DNA of 34,915 bases from Betaproteobacteria bacterium (GTDB lineage Bacteria > Pseudomonadota > Gammaproteobacteria > Burkholderiales > SG8-39), in assembly GCA_012274205.1 (NCBI GenBank), contig JAAOZY010000223.1, forward strand, positions 1-34,915. Direction: 5' to 3'. This document shows, piece by piece, positions 10,565 to 19,208 of this stretch; the first letter of the stretch is position 1; every line of letters starts with the position of its first letter. A program made the position numbers and the translations under genes. The notes below the pieces were generated by a model. The model did not search any database and was not told where the DNA came from. It worked only from the letters and a program-made list of their open reading frames with translations.

Positions 10565-10594
10565 TTGAAAAACCACTCGTTTTTAGTGTAAAAT
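10565..10594 (+). promoter_or_regulatory. Candidate sigma70 promoter of rpsO
   Basis: TTGAAA (10565-10570), an 18-nt spacer, then TAAAAT (10589-10594). It lies 50 nt upstream of the rpsO ATG. Confidence 0.5.
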
Positions 10595-10644
10595 CCGCGC
10601 CTTTGCTGCAGCGACAAAGACCAAGCGACCAGGAGCGTATCAGA

Positions 10645-10914
10645 ATGTCATTCACCACCGCGCACAAAGCGCAAATCATGAACGATTACCAGCGTGCCAA
10701 GGGTGATACCGGCTCGCCGGAAGTGCAGGTTGCACTGCTGACGACACGCATCAACGAACTCACCGGCCATTTCAAGACACACATCAAAGACCACCACTCC
10801 CGCCGGGGCCTGCTCAGAATGGTGAGCCAGCGGCGCAAGCTGCTGGACTACCTCAAGCGCAAGAACGCGGATGGCTACCGCAACCTGATCGAGCGCCTCG
10901 GTCTGCGCAAGTAA
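10645..10914 (+). CDS. rpsO: 30S ribosomal protein S15
   Basis: 89 aa: [60 protein letters not shown]. An AGGAG sits 9 nt upstream of the ATG at 10645. The longer annotated ORF from 10603 is unlikely. Confidence 0.96.
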   Translation: MSFTTAHKAQIMNDYQRAKGDTGSPEVQVALLTTRINELTGHFKTHIKDHHSRRGLLRMVSQRRKLLDYLKRKNADGYRNLIERLGLRK

Positions 10915-10920
10915 CATCGA

Positions 10921-10955
10921 CGCCCGTCGCCAACGCGACGGGCGTTTTGCTTTTT
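10921..10955 (+). terminator. Rho-independent terminator after rpsO
   Basis: Perfect 10-bp GC-rich stem CGCCCGTCGC / GCGACGGGCG with a CAAC loop, followed by TTTTGCTTTTT. Confidence 0.85.
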
Positions 10956-11041
10956 ACGCGGGCTCATTCCCTGTCCGGGACGCGGCCCCTTCTCCGATCT
11001 GACCGCAGCCGCGCTGTGCGTCATTTGCAAAGGACACTACC

Positions 11042-13159
11042 TTGAACCCGATCAAAAAAAGTTTCACTTACGGCGCCCATCAGGTCACGCTGGAAACCGG
11101 CGAGATCGCGCGCCAGGCCGGCGGTGCCGTGATGGTCAATATGGACGACACCGTGGTGCTGTGCACCGTGGTGGGTTCCAAGCACGCCAAATCCGGGCAG
11201 GATTTCTTCCCGCTCACCGTCGACTACATCGAGAAGACCTATGCCGCGGGCAAGATTCCGGGCGGCTTCTTCAAGCGCGAAGGCCGCCCTTCCGAGAAGG
11301 AAATTCTCACCTCGCGCCTGATCGACCGCCCGATCCGTCCCCTGTTCCCGGATGGCTTCTACAATGAAGTGCAGGTCGTGGCGACCGTCATGTCGGTCAA
11401 TCCGGAGGTCGATCCCGACATCGCCGCGCTGATCGGCGTATCGGCCGCGCTGGTCCTGTCCGGCATCCCCTTCAACGGCCCGATCGGCGCCGCGCGCGTA
11501 GGCTATGCGAACGGCCAGTACATACTCAATCCGACCGCCACCCAGCTGAAGGATTCGAAGCTGAACCTGGTCGTTGCCGGCACCGAACACGCCGTGCTCA
11601 TGGTGGAATCCGAAGCGCAGGAATTGTCGGAAGAAGTCATGCTCGGATCGGTCATGTTTGGCCACCAGCAGATGCAGGCCGCAATTGCGGCCATCAATGA
11701 ACTCGCCGACGCCGCCGGCAAGCCGATGTGGGACTGGCAGCCGCCGGTCAAGGACGAAACCCTCGTTACGCGCGTCGCGGCGCTGGCTGAATCGGAATTG
11801 CGCGCGGCGTTTCAGGTCAAGGAAAAGCAGGCGCGCTCGCACGCCATCGATGCCATCTGGAAGCGCGTGTTCGCGGAAATCGGCGTCGGCGCCGAAGGCG
11901 GGCCGGATGCGAATGCGGCGAAGGAGATCTGCTTCGCGCTGGAATCGAAAATCGTGCGTAACCAGATCCTCGACGGCGAGCCGCGCATCGACGGGCGCGA
12001 CACGCGCACCGTGCGCCCGATCGATATCCGCCTCGGCGTGCTGCCGCGCACCCACGGTTCGGCGCTGTTCACGCGCGGCGAGACGCAGGGCATCGTCGTA
12101 GCGACCCTGGGTACCGCGCGCGACTCGCAGATCATCGATGCGCTCATGGGCGAGTACAAGGAGCGCTTCATGCTGCATTACAATTTCCCGCCGTACGCGA
12201 CCGGAGAGACGGGACGCGTCGGTTCACCCAAGCGGCGCGAGATCGGCCACGGCCGCCTGGCCAAGCGCGCGCTGCTGGCGGTGTTGCCCTCGGTGGAGGA
12301 ATTCGGCTACAGCATGCGCGTGGTGTCGGAGATTACCGAATCGAACGGCTCGAGCTCGATGGCTTCGGTGTGCGGCGGCAGCCTCGCGCTGATGGACGCG
12401 GGTGTGCCGATGAAGGCGCACGTGGCCGGCATCGCCATGGGGCTGATCAAGGAAGGCAACCGCTTTGCCGTGCTTACCGACATCCTCGGCGACGAGGACC
12501 ATCTCGGCGACATGGATTTCAAGGTCGCGGGCACCGATAACGGCGTCACGGCGCTGCAGATGGACATCAAGATCGAGGGCATCACCAAGGAAATCATGCA
12601 AGTGGCTCTGTCGCAGGCGCGCGAAGGGCGCATGCATATCCTGGAGAAGATGATGGCGATTCTGCCTTCGTCGCGCTCGGATATCTCCACCTTTGCGCCG
12701 CGCATCATCAAGATCAAGATCAATCCGGACAAGATCCGCGACGTGATCGGCAAAGGCGGTGCGGTCATCCGCGCGCTGACCGAAGAAACCGGAACGACGA
12801 TCGACATCGAGGACGACGGCACGGTCAGCATCGCCTGCATCAGCTCCGAAGGCGGAGAACTGGCGAGGAAGCGCATCGAGGCGATTACCGCGGACGTGGA
12901 AGTGGGCAAGGTCTACGAGGGCACGGTGCTCAAGCTGCTCGACTTCGGCGCGATCGTGAGCGTGCTGCCGGGCAAGGATGGGCTGCTGCACATCTCGCAG
13001 ATCAGCCAGCAGCGCGTAGCCACCGTAGCCGAGCACCTCAAGGAAGGGCAGGTCGTGAAGGTCAAGGTGCTCGAAGCCGACGACAAGGGCAGGTTGCGCC
13101 TGTCTATGAAGGCGGTGGAGGCGGAAGCGCAGCATCCGGGGGCGGCGCAGCCGAGCTGA
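11042..13159 (+). CDS. pnp: Polyribonucleotide nucleotidyltransferase (PNPase)
   Basis: 705 aa with two RNase PH domains, then KH and S1 domains ([24 protein letters not shown]; [19 protein letters not shown]). The start is TTG, as known for E. coli pnp, with AAGGA 8 nt upstream. Confidence 0.97.
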   Translation: MNPIKKSFTYGAHQVTLETGEIARQAGGAVMVNMDDTVVLCTVVGSKHAKSGQDFFPLTVDYIEKTYAAGKIPGGFFKREGRPSEKEILTSRLIDRPIRPLFPDGFYNEVQVVATVMSVNPEVDPDIAALIGVSAALVLSGIPFNGPIGAARVGYANGQYILNPTATQLKDSKLNLVVAGTEHAVLMVESEAQELSEEVMLGSVMFGHQQMQAAIAAINELADAAGKPMWDWQPPVKDETLVTRVAALAESELRAAFQVKEKQARSHAIDAIWKRVFAEIGVGAEGGPDANAAKEICFALESKIVRNQILDGEPRIDGRDTRTVRPIDIRLGVLPRTHGSALFTRGETQGIVVATLGTARDSQIIDALMGEYKERFMLHYNFPPYATGETGRVGSPKRREIGHGRLAKRALLAVLPSVEEFGYSMRVVSEITESNGSSSMASVCGGSLALMDAGVPMKAHVAGIAMGLIKEGNRFAVLTDILGDEDHLGDMDFKVAGTDNGVTALQMDIKIEGITKEIMQVALSQAREGRMHILEKMMAILPSSRSDISTFAPRIIKIKINPDKIRDVIGKGGAVIRALTEETGTTIDIEDDGTVSIACISSEGGELARKRIEAITADVEVGKVYEGTVLKLLDFGAIVSVLPGKDGLLHISQISQQRVATVAEHLKEGQVVKVKVLEADDKGRLRLSMKAVEAEAQHPGAAQPS

Positions 13160-13180
13160 TAACAGACCTGCCCGAAATAA

Positions 13181-13207
13181 AAAAGGACGCCTGGGCGTCC
13201 TTTTTTA
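13181..13207 (+). terminator. Rho-independent terminator after pnp (A-run upstream, so potentially bidirectional)
   Basis: AAAA-GGACGC-CTGG-GCGTCC-TTTTTT, 22 nt after the pnp stop. Confidence 0.8.
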
Positions 13208-13247
13208 CTTGGGTCGGTTGCCGTACGCAGAGACCGGTTTCGACCAC

Positions 13248-13275
13248 AAAAAAAACGGCGGCATCGAGCCGCCGT
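13248..13275 (-). terminator. Rho-independent terminator of dksA
   Basis: On the minus strand it reads ACGGCGGC-TCGAT-GCCGCCGT followed by a run of 8 T. It lies about 70 nt downstream of the dksA stop. Confidence 0.8.
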
Positions 13276-13345
13276 CTTTCGCTTTTAGTTCCGACGTAAC
13301 TTGCCGCTGTGCGGCAAGCTTAGCCTTCACCAAGAAACAGCCGGC

Positions 13346-13783
13346 CTACTTGGCCAGCTGCTTCTCCCGCAGTTCGTCGAGGGTCTTGCAGTCTATGCAC
13401 AGGGTCGCGGTGGGGCGCGCTTCCAGGCGCTTCAGGCCGATTTCGACCCCGCAGCTCTCGCAATAGCCATAGTCCTGGCTTTCGATCTTGGCGATGGTTT
13501 CCTCGATCTTCTTGATCAGCTTGCGCTCGCGGTCGCGGTTGCGCAGCTCGAGCGCCATGTCGGACTCCTGGCTGGCGCGGTCGTTGGGGTCGGCAAACAC
13601 CGTGGCCTCGTCCTGCATGGTATGCACCGTGCGATCGATATCCTGCGACAACTCGACCTTCAGCGCTTCCAGGATGCCGCGGAAGTGCGCAAGCTGCTTC
13701 TTGTTCATGTACTCCTCGCCCTTTTTCGGGACGTAGGGGTGAAAGGTCTTGGGGTGCAACGCTTGTTCTGCAGGCATGTCCAA
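13346..13783 (-). CDS. dksA: RNA polymerase-binding transcription factor DksA
   Basis: 145 aa. The coiled-coil region contains the acidic tip [11 protein letters not shown], and the C4 zinc finger reads [25 protein letters not shown]. Confidence 0.93.
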   Translation of the reverse strand: MDMPAEQALHPKTFHPYVPKKGEEYMNKKQLAHFRGILEALKVELSQDIDRTVHTMQDEATVFADPNDRASQESDMALELRNRDRERKLIKKIEETIAKIESQDYGYCESCGVEIGLKRLEARPTATLCIDCKTLDELREKQLAK

Positions 13784-13812
13784 CCACTCTCAGTTCAAAA
13801 AACGAAGGCGCT

Positions 13813-13841
13813 TTAATATCAGAATTTCCAGCGGCGGGCAA
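13813..13841 (-). promoter_or_regulatory. Candidate sigma70 promoter of dksA
   Basis: Minus strand: TTGCCC (13841-13836), a 17-nt spacer, then TATTAA (13818-13813). It lies about 30 nt upstream of the dksA ATG. Confidence 0.4.
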
Positions 13842-13881
13842 GTTTATTACCTTTTACCGGCCCGCGCCACTGTATTCTGCG

Positions 13882-13911
13882 TTGACCGGCGCATCACGGC
13901 CAGAGTATCAT
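13882..13911 (+). promoter_or_regulatory. Candidate promoter of the tRNA-Pro/Arg/His operon with a GC-rich discriminator
   Basis: TTGACC (13882-13887), an 18-nt spacer, then TATCAT (13906-13911). The GC-rich ACGCGTCCGC follows, immediately before the tRNA 5' end. Confidence 0.45.
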
Positions 13912-13922
13912 ACGCGTCCGCC

Positions 13923-13999
13923 CGGGGTGTAGCGCAGCCTGGTAGCGCGCCTGGTTTGGGACCAGGATGTCGGGAGTTCAAATCTCTCCACCCCGACCA
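13923..13999 (+). tRNA. tRNA-Pro (anticodon TGG)
   Basis: Hand-folded cloverleaf. The acceptor is CGGGGTG/CACCCCG. The anticodon stem CCTGG/CCAGG carries the loop TTTGGGA. The T arm is GGGAG-TTCAAAT-CTCTC, and the 3' CCA is encoded. Confidence 0.93.
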
Positions 14000-14058
14000 G
14001 TAATTTGCACGCTGCTACACCCGATGCGGTAGTGTATTCGCGTGACCCGCCGATGGGA

Positions 14059-14135
14059 GTGCCCGTAGCTCAATCGGATAGAGCACCAGCCTTCTAAGCT
14101 GGGGGTTGTGGGTTCGATTCCCGCCGGGCACGCCA
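14059..14135 (+). tRNA. tRNA-Arg (anticodon TCT)
   Basis: The acceptor is GTGCCCG/CGGGCAC. The anticodon stem CCAGC/GCTGG carries the loop CTTCTAA. The T arm is GTGGG-TTCGATT-CCCGC, and CCA is encoded. Confidence 0.93.
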
Positions 14136-14147
14136 GAGTCGTTCGAT

Positions 14148-14224
14148 GGTGGCTGTAGCTCAGCTGGTAGAGTCCCGGATTGTGATTCCGGTTGTCGTGG
14201 GTTCGAGTCCCATCAGCCACCCCA
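14148..14224 (+). tRNA. tRNA-His (anticodon GTG) with encoded G-1
   Basis: An extra 5' G (14148) sits opposite discriminator C. The acceptor is GTGGCTG/CAGCCAC. The anticodon stem CCGGA/TCCGG carries the loop TTGTGAT. The T arm is GTGGG-TTCGAGT-CCCAT, and CCA is encoded. Confidence 0.93.
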
Positions 14225-14324
14225 ATATCTTTCCCAGCGCTCCGATCAGCGAACGCAACGCAGGGCGCCGACAGCGAACCGCCGCGAACAGAGCGAGCTC
14301 GCACGCACTGTGCGCTGCAAGCGC

Positions 14325-14714
14325 TCAGAGGGCGCGCATCACCTTCTGCAGTTTCTCGCGCACTTCGGCGCCTATCCGGGCGAGCTCGGCATTGTCGGTC
14401 ATCTGGCCCATCATTCCCGGGTCGAGGAATTCCACCAGTACTGTGCCGGCGTCATCCTGGCGCACCACAACGTTGCAGGGCAGCAGCAAGCCGATGCCGG
14501 GTTCGGCCGTGATCGCGCGTTTGGCGAAAACGGGATTGCAGGCGCCGAGAATGCGGTAGGGCGGGATATTGTGATCCAGCTTCTTTTTCATCGTGACCGC
14601 GACGTCGATTTCGGTCAGCACGCCAAAGCCCTCTTTATGCAGTTCCGCAATGATCCTGGCCAGCGCCTGATCGAAGCTCAGCGCCACCGACTTGCCAAAA
14701 CCGAATCGGCTCAT
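14325..14714 (-). CDS. DUF302 domain-containing protein
   Basis: 129 aa. FDQALARIIAELHKEGFGVLTEIDV...KKKL...YRILGACNP and LLPCNVVV match the DUF302 pattern as I recall it. Confidence 0.75.
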   Translation of the reverse strand: MSRFGFGKSVALSFDQALARIIAELHKEGFGVLTEIDVAVTMKKKLDHNIPPYRILGACNPVFAKRAITAEPGIGLLLPCNVVVRQDDAGTVLVEFLDPGMMGQMTDNAELARIGAEVREKLQKVMRAL

Positions 14715-14720
14715 CTTCGC

Positions 14721-14909
14721 CTAGCGCCCGGGCGCCTGTTTGCTCTGCGCCGGCAGATACACGTAGCCCCGGTCTTTGGCGTTGGCCAGACAGGCTTCGT
14801 AATTCGCGTAGCCCTTGGACGATTCCGCCACCACGGCCTGGCCAGCCCCGATCTGCTGCCAGTTCCAGCGGCTGCCGCTATCCATGTAAAAGCGCCAAAT
14901 TACGTTCAT
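14721..14909 (-). CDS. Small hypothetical protein, possibly YegP/DUF1508-like
   Basis: 62 aa starting MNVIWRFYMDSGSRWNWQQ...VVAESSKGYANYEACLANAKDRGY. AAGGA lies 9 nt upstream of the ATG at 14909, and the stop is 6 nt from the DUF302 start. The longer ORF to 15044 lacks an RBS. The family call is tentative. Confidence 0.55.
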   Translation of the reverse strand: MNVIWRFYMDSGSRWNWQQIGAGQAVVAESSKGYANYEACLANAKDRGYVYLPAQSKQAPGR

Positions 14910-15082
14910 ATGCAGATTCCTTTTCGGCGAGGGCGGGTCGGAACAAGCGGGAGACGCCCTCATGTGCATCCCGTCAGCCAGAGGAAGCTCTGAATCCATT
15001 TCGGACTGAACGGGGGTTTCCGCTTGCAGGTTTTCCGGGATCAATGCGAACTCGGCCGGAAAAGCTCGGATGAGTGCATTGA

Positions 15083-15091
15083 ATTATAACA
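15083..15091 (-). promoter_or_regulatory. Candidate extended -10 promoter (TGtTATAAT) for the small protein/DUF302 operon
   Basis: The minus strand reads TGTTATAAT, a perfect -10 with an upstream TG, inside a local AT-rich patch. The -35 is poor. The implied 5' UTR is about 165 nt. Confidence 0.35.
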
Positions 15092-15258
15092 AAAATTCAC
15101 TGTGCCTTGGGTGGCCGGGCGGGAGCGGGAGAAGTTTGCGCTTATCTCCTACAATAGCGCCGGGCGCATGGACAGGGACGCCGACAGACAAGGGCGTTCG
15201 ACTTTCGGCGCCGTCGGTAGCTAAGCTCTTGCGTATGGCCAGTCCAAGGAGATCTTCG

Positions 15259-16005
15259 ATGAAAGCGAAACTTGAATCGATGCCCGATCGGCGCCGTTTT
15301 TTCGGCGCCGCCATGCTTGCCGCTGCCGGCCTCGCTTTGGGAAGGTCGGCGCGTGCCGCGGGTTCTGCCTCCGGAAAAATCAAAATCGGCGTCATCGGCT
15401 CCGGCCGCGTAGGCGGGACGGTCGGCGAACTTTGGGTGAAATCCGGGCATGAAGTGATGTTCTCTTCGCTCGATCTCGAGCATGATCAGGCGCTGGCGGC
15501 GCGCCTCGGGGGCGGCGCGCGCGCGGGAACGACGAAACAAGCGGGCGCGTTTGGCGAGGCGCTGTTCATCGCCGTCCCGTACGCTGCATTGCCGCAGGTC
15601 GGGCGCGAGTTGGGAGATCTGCTCCAGGGCAAGATCGTGCTCGATGCCTGTAACCCGATCCCGGCGCGCGACGGCGAGATGGCGCTGGAGGCGCGGGCCA
15701 AAGGCACCGGCATAGCCTCGCCGCAGTTTCTGCCCGGCGCGCGCCTGGTGCGCGCCTTCAATTGCGTCGGCTACACGAGCATGAAAAGCGAAGCGCATCG
15801 TGCCGGAGATAAGCTCGGCATCCCCGTGGCTGCGGATGATCCGCAGGCGCTGCAACTCGCTGTTCGCCTGGTAGAGGATGCCGGGTTCGAGGCGGTGGTG
15901 GCAGGGGGGCTTGCGCGGGCGAAGGATTTCGATGCCGGCACGCCCATATTCGGCAGGGCGCTGACCGCGGCGGAAGTGCGCCGCGTACTCGGTCTCGCTT
16001 CCTAG
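15259..16005 (+). CDS. NAD(P)-binding Rossmann protein of the NADPH-dependent F420 reductase-like (COG2085-type) family, with a twin-arginine signal peptide
   Basis: AAGGAG lies 8 nt upstream of the ATG at 15259. The N-terminus MKAKLESMPDRRRFFGAAMLAAAGLALGRSARA has an RRxF Tat motif and an AxA site, followed by IGVIGSGRVGG (GxGxxG). The ORF upstream to 15070 has no supporting features. Confidence 0.7.
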   Translation: MKAKLESMPDRRRFFGAAMLAAAGLALGRSARAAGSASGKIKIGVIGSGRVGGTVGELWVKSGHEVMFSSLDLEHDQALAARLGGGARAGTTKQAGAFGEALFIAVPYAALPQVGRELGDLLQGKIVLDACNPIPARDGEMALEARAKGTGIASPQFLPGARLVRAFNCVGYTSMKSEAHRAGDKLGIPVAADDPQALQLAVRLVEDAGFEAVVAGGLARAKDFDAGTPIFGRALTAAEVRRVLGLAS

Positions 16006-16053
16006 CGGCCGTCGGCTTCAGACCGTGGACGTGTTCCGGCGCATGGCTGCGGG

Positions 16054-17379
16054 GTGAAGCAGTCGCTCGACTATCCTTGGCTGCGGCAGCTGCTTGCATT
16101 GCGGCCGGGCGAAGGGCGCGCGCTCGGCTGGTCGTTCGCGTATTTCTTTTTCCTGCTTGCGGGCTACTATGTGCTGCGGCCGCTGCGCGATGAAATGGGC
16201 ATCGCCGGCGGTGTGCGCAATCTGCATTGGCTGTTCACTGCGACTTTCGCCGTCATGCTCGCCGCCGTGCCGGCATATGGTGCCCTAGTCGCGCGGCTGC
16301 CGCGCAGGCGCTTCATTCCGCTGGTCTACCATTTCTTCGTCGCCAATATTGCCGTATTCTGGCTGCTGCTGAGCTTCGACCTGGGCAAGGTTCAGGTTGC
16401 GCGGGTGTTCTTTGTCTGGATCAGCGTGTTCAATCTGTTCGCGGTTTCGGTATTTTGGTCCTACATGGCGGATCTGTTCGCGAGCGAGCAGGGCAAGCGC
16501 CTGTTCGGGTTCATTGCGGCCGGCGGCTCCGCCGGGGCGCTGCTGGGCCCGCTGCTGGCTGTGGGACTCGCGCTTCCGCTGGGTCCGGTCAATCTGCTTA
16601 TCGTCGCGGCCCTGTTGCTGGAACTCGCGGTGCTGTGTGCGCGGCGGCTGGAAACAGCAGCGCCGCCGGCCGCTGCGGTCGGCGCCCCGCACGCAGATAC
16701 GACAGCAGCACCGCCGGGCTCGGCCGGCCTCGGCGGGGGCTGGCTCACGGGCATCGCGATGGTGCTGCGCTCGCCGTATCTGGCGGGCATCGCGCTGTGG
16801 GTCGCGCTGCTGTCGCTTGCAGGCACCTTCCTTTATTTCCAGCAGGCGAACATCGTCGCCGCAGCCTCCGACGATCCGGCGGTGCGCACCCGGATATTCG
16901 CCAGCATCGACCTGGCGATCGGCATCCTGACCCTCATCGTTCAGTTGCTGGCGACCGGAAAGCTGATCGGCCGTTTCGGCGTCGGACGTGCAGCCGCGGC
17001 GCTGCCGCTGGTATTTGTGCTGGGTTTTCTGCTGCTGGCCGTCGCGCCGATGCTGCTGGTGGTGGTCGCTTTCCAGGCGATCCAGCGCACCGCAAATTTC
17101 GCCTTGTCGAATCCGGCGCGGGAGGTGTTGTTTACAGTGTTGCAGCGCGAGGAGAAATACAAGGCCAAGAACGTGATCGACATCGTCGTGTTTCGCGGGG
17201 CGGATGCGGCCAGTGGCTGGCTGTTCGCGCTGATGCGCGGCGCCGGGCTGGAGCTGTCGACGCTATCATTGGCCGCGGTGCCGCTGGCCGGCGTCTGGTT
17301 CGCACTGGCCCTTGCGCTCGGACGCGCGCAGGAACGCCGCGCGGCAGCGGCCACTATCGTCGACGGGAGCACACCATGA
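16054..17379 (+). CDS. Polytopic transporter, MFS-fold, resembling the ATP/ADP-translocase (TLC, NTP/NDP exchange) family
   Basis: 441 aa with about 11-12 hydrophobic segments. The N-terminal motif FAYFFFLLAGYYVLRPLRDEMG is typical of TLC-like or HEAT-associated MFS proteins as I recall. The GTG start is uncertain. Confidence 0.6.
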   Translation: MKQSLDYPWLRQLLALRPGEGRALGWSFAYFFFLLAGYYVLRPLRDEMGIAGGVRNLHWLFTATFAVMLAAVPAYGALVARLPRRRFIPLVYHFFVANIAVFWLLLSFDLGKVQVARVFFVWISVFNLFAVSVFWSYMADLFASEQGKRLFGFIAAGGSAGALLGPLLAVGLALPLGPVNLLIVAALLLELAVLCARRLETAAPPAAAVGAPHADTTAAPPGSAGLGGGWLTGIAMVLRSPYLAGIALWVALLSLAGTFLYFQQANIVAAASDDPAVRTRIFASIDLAIGILTLIVQLLATGKLIGRFGVGRAAAALPLVFVLGFLLLAVAPMLLVVVAFQAIQRTANFALSNPAREVLFTVLQREEKYKAKNVIDIVVFRGADAASGWLFALMRGAGLELSTLSLAAVPLAGVWFALALALGRAQERRAAAATIVDGSTP

Positions 17380-18200
17380 GCAGCACCAAGCCCTTACGCA
17401 TGCCGATTCTGTTCTTCGGTCATGGCAGTCCCATGAACACGCTCGCGCACAACAAATACACCGAGGCCTGGCATGCCATGGGCGCAGCCGTGCCCAGGCC
17501 GAAGGCGATCCTCTCGATTTCCGCGCATTGGTACACGCGCGGCAGCGCGGTGACGGCGATGGCGCAGCCACGGACGATCCACGACTTCGGCGGTTTCCCG
17601 CAGGCGCTGTTCGACCAGCAATACCCTGCGCCCGGCGATCCGGCGCTGGCGGCGCGCGTGCGCGAGCTGCTCGCGCCGCTGCCGGTCGCCATGGATCAAT
17701 CCTGGGGCCTGGACCACGGCACCTGGTCAGTGCTGGTGCACGCGTTTCCGCATGCGGACGTGCCGGTGGTGCAGCTGAGCATGGATGCGACCAAGCCCCC
17801 GGACTTTCACTACGAACTCGGTCAGCGCCTGGCGGCGCTGCGCGAGGAGGGCGTGCTCGTCATCGGCAGCGGCAATGTGGTGCACAATCTGATGCTGATG
17901 CAGCGCGTCGAAGGCGCGCCGCCCTACGTCTGGGCGCGGCGTTTCAATGAACGCATGCGCGCGGCACTCGCTTCGGGCGAGCATCGGACGCTGATCGATT
18001 TCGATGGCATCGGCGAGGATGCGCGCCTGTCGGTGCCCACGCCCGAGCATTTTCTGCCCTTGCTCTACATCGCCGGGCTGCAGTCGGGCGATGAGACCAT
18101 GGTATTCGCCGTCGACGGTTACGAAGCCGGTTCGCTGGGGATGCTCAGCGCGGCCGCGGGAATGCCTGCACAATGGACCGGCAGCAGCGCGGCGCCCTGA
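17376..18200 (+). CDS. ygiD: 4,5-DOPA dioxygenase extradiol (YgiD-like class III extradiol dioxygenase)
   Basis: 274 aa. MPILFFGHGSPMN, ILSISAHW, DHG.WSVL and GSGN.VHNL are YgiD/LigB-family hallmarks. The ATG overlaps the transporter stop (ATGA). Confidence 0.85.
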   Translation: MSSTKPLRMPILFFGHGSPMNTLAHNKYTEAWHAMGAAVPRPKAILSISAHWYTRGSAVTAMAQPRTIHDFGGFPQALFDQQYPAPGDPALAARVRELLAPLPVAMDQSWGLDHGTWSVLVHAFPHADVPVVQLSMDATKPPDFHYELGQRLAALREEGVLVIGSGNVVHNLMLMQRVEGAPPYVWARRFNERMRAALASGEHRTLIDFDGIGEDARLSVPTPEHFLPLLYIAGLQSGDETMVFAVDGYEAGSLGMLSAAAGMPAQWTGSSAAP

Positions 18201-18244
18201 TGTGGGACTATGATGGTTTGCTGCAGTAAGCGGAGGAGCGCGAA

Positions 18245-19051
18245 ATGCGGGTGTTGATGGCGGCAGGGATCGCTGTTGGATTGTTGTGCACGGCTTGCGC
18301 ACTGGCAGGCGATTTCGACGAGGGCGTGAAGGCGTACAAGGCCAAAGACTACGCAAAGGCGATCGAATACTGGCAGAAGGCGGCAGCGCAGGGGGATGCC
18401 GTCGCTCAGTTCACCCTCGGCTTTGTCAACGAAAAGGGCCAGGGCACGCCGGTGGACTATCGCAAGGCGGCGGACTGGTACCGGCAGGCGGCACAGCGCG
18501 GAAACGCCGCGGCGCAGACCAATCTCGGCTTCCTCTACGAAAAAGGACAGGGCTTGGCGCAGGACAATGGCCAGGCCGTGTACTGGTACCGCAAGGCAGC
18601 GGAGCAGGGGATGGTGGAAGCGCAATTCAACCTCGGCCGCATGTACCAGACCGGGCAGGGCGTGGCGCAGGACTACGGCGAGGCCGCAAGCTGGTTCAGC
18701 AAGGCCGGCGAACAGGGGCACACCTGGGCGCAATCCTCGCTGGGTCTGATGCACGAAACCGGACAGGGCGTTGCGCGCGACTACAAGCAGGCGGTCTATT
18801 GGTATCAGAAGGCGGCGGAGAAAGGCGACGCGCGCGCGCAGTACGACCTCGGCCGGATCTACGAAGCGGGGCAGGAAGGCGTGCCGATGGATTATGTGGA
18901 AGCGCACAAGTGGTGGGCTGTCGCCGCAAGCAACGGCGAAGAGCGGGCGCGGCGCAGCCGCTTGCTGGTTGAACGCCTGATGAGCCCGGAGCAGATCGCC
19001 GAGGCGAAGCGGCGCGCCGACGACTGGCTGAAAGCGCACCCGGCCAAATAG
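18245..19051 (+). CDS. Sel1-repeat (SLR/TPR-like) protein with N-terminal signal peptide
   Basis: 268 aa. The signal is MRVLMAAGIAVGLLCTACALA. About six tandem 36-aa repeats follow, of the type A..WY.KAAEQG.A.AQ..LG.MY..G.GV..D... Confidence 0.85.
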   Translation: MRVLMAAGIAVGLLCTACALAGDFDEGVKAYKAKDYAKAIEYWQKAAAQGDAVAQFTLGFVNEKGQGTPVDYRKAADWYRQAAQRGNAAAQTNLGFLYEKGQGLAQDNGQAVYWYRKAAEQGMVEAQFNLGRMYQTGQGVAQDYGEAASWFSKAGEQGHTWAQSSLGLMHETGQGVARDYKQAVYWYQKAAEKGDARAQYDLGRIYEAGQEGVPMDYVEAHKWWAVAASNGEERARRSRLLVERLMSPEQIAEAKRRADDWLKAHPAK

Positions 19052-19208
19052 GGCAGCTCCTGCGGCCGGCGAAATTGCGCTGGCGCCGGGGCTTGCCGGA
19101 TGCGTTCTGCAGCGCTTGAAAGCAGCCTCGGAATACGTTGCGAATTGAAATTTTTTGCAACGCCCACTATAGGGGAGTATGAGGGGAGTTATCCCATCAT
19201 TTTGAACT

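Noticed and set aside
13978-14993. ORFs overlapping the tRNA cluster (13978-14304 minus; 14106-14993, 14146-14559 and 14192-14512 plus).
   Set aside because: They are explained by three well-folding tRNA genes and, further right, by the antisense of the DUF302 and small-protein genes.
15149-15160. 12-mer CTACAATAGCGC shared between 15149-15160 and 21096-21107, both upstream of + strand genes. It could be a common regulatory motif.
   Set aside because: Exact 12-mer repeats are expected by chance many times in 35 kb. Only the 21097 copy has a usable -35. The shared part is essentially a TACAAT -10 hexamer plus GC-rich flank.
16227-17375. N-terminal 383 codons of the 657-aa + strand ORF (16227-18200).
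   Set aside because: This part is an out-of-frame overlap of the transporter gene with Arg/Gly/Ala-rich nonsense-like sequence. Only the portion from the ATG at 17376 matches YgiD.
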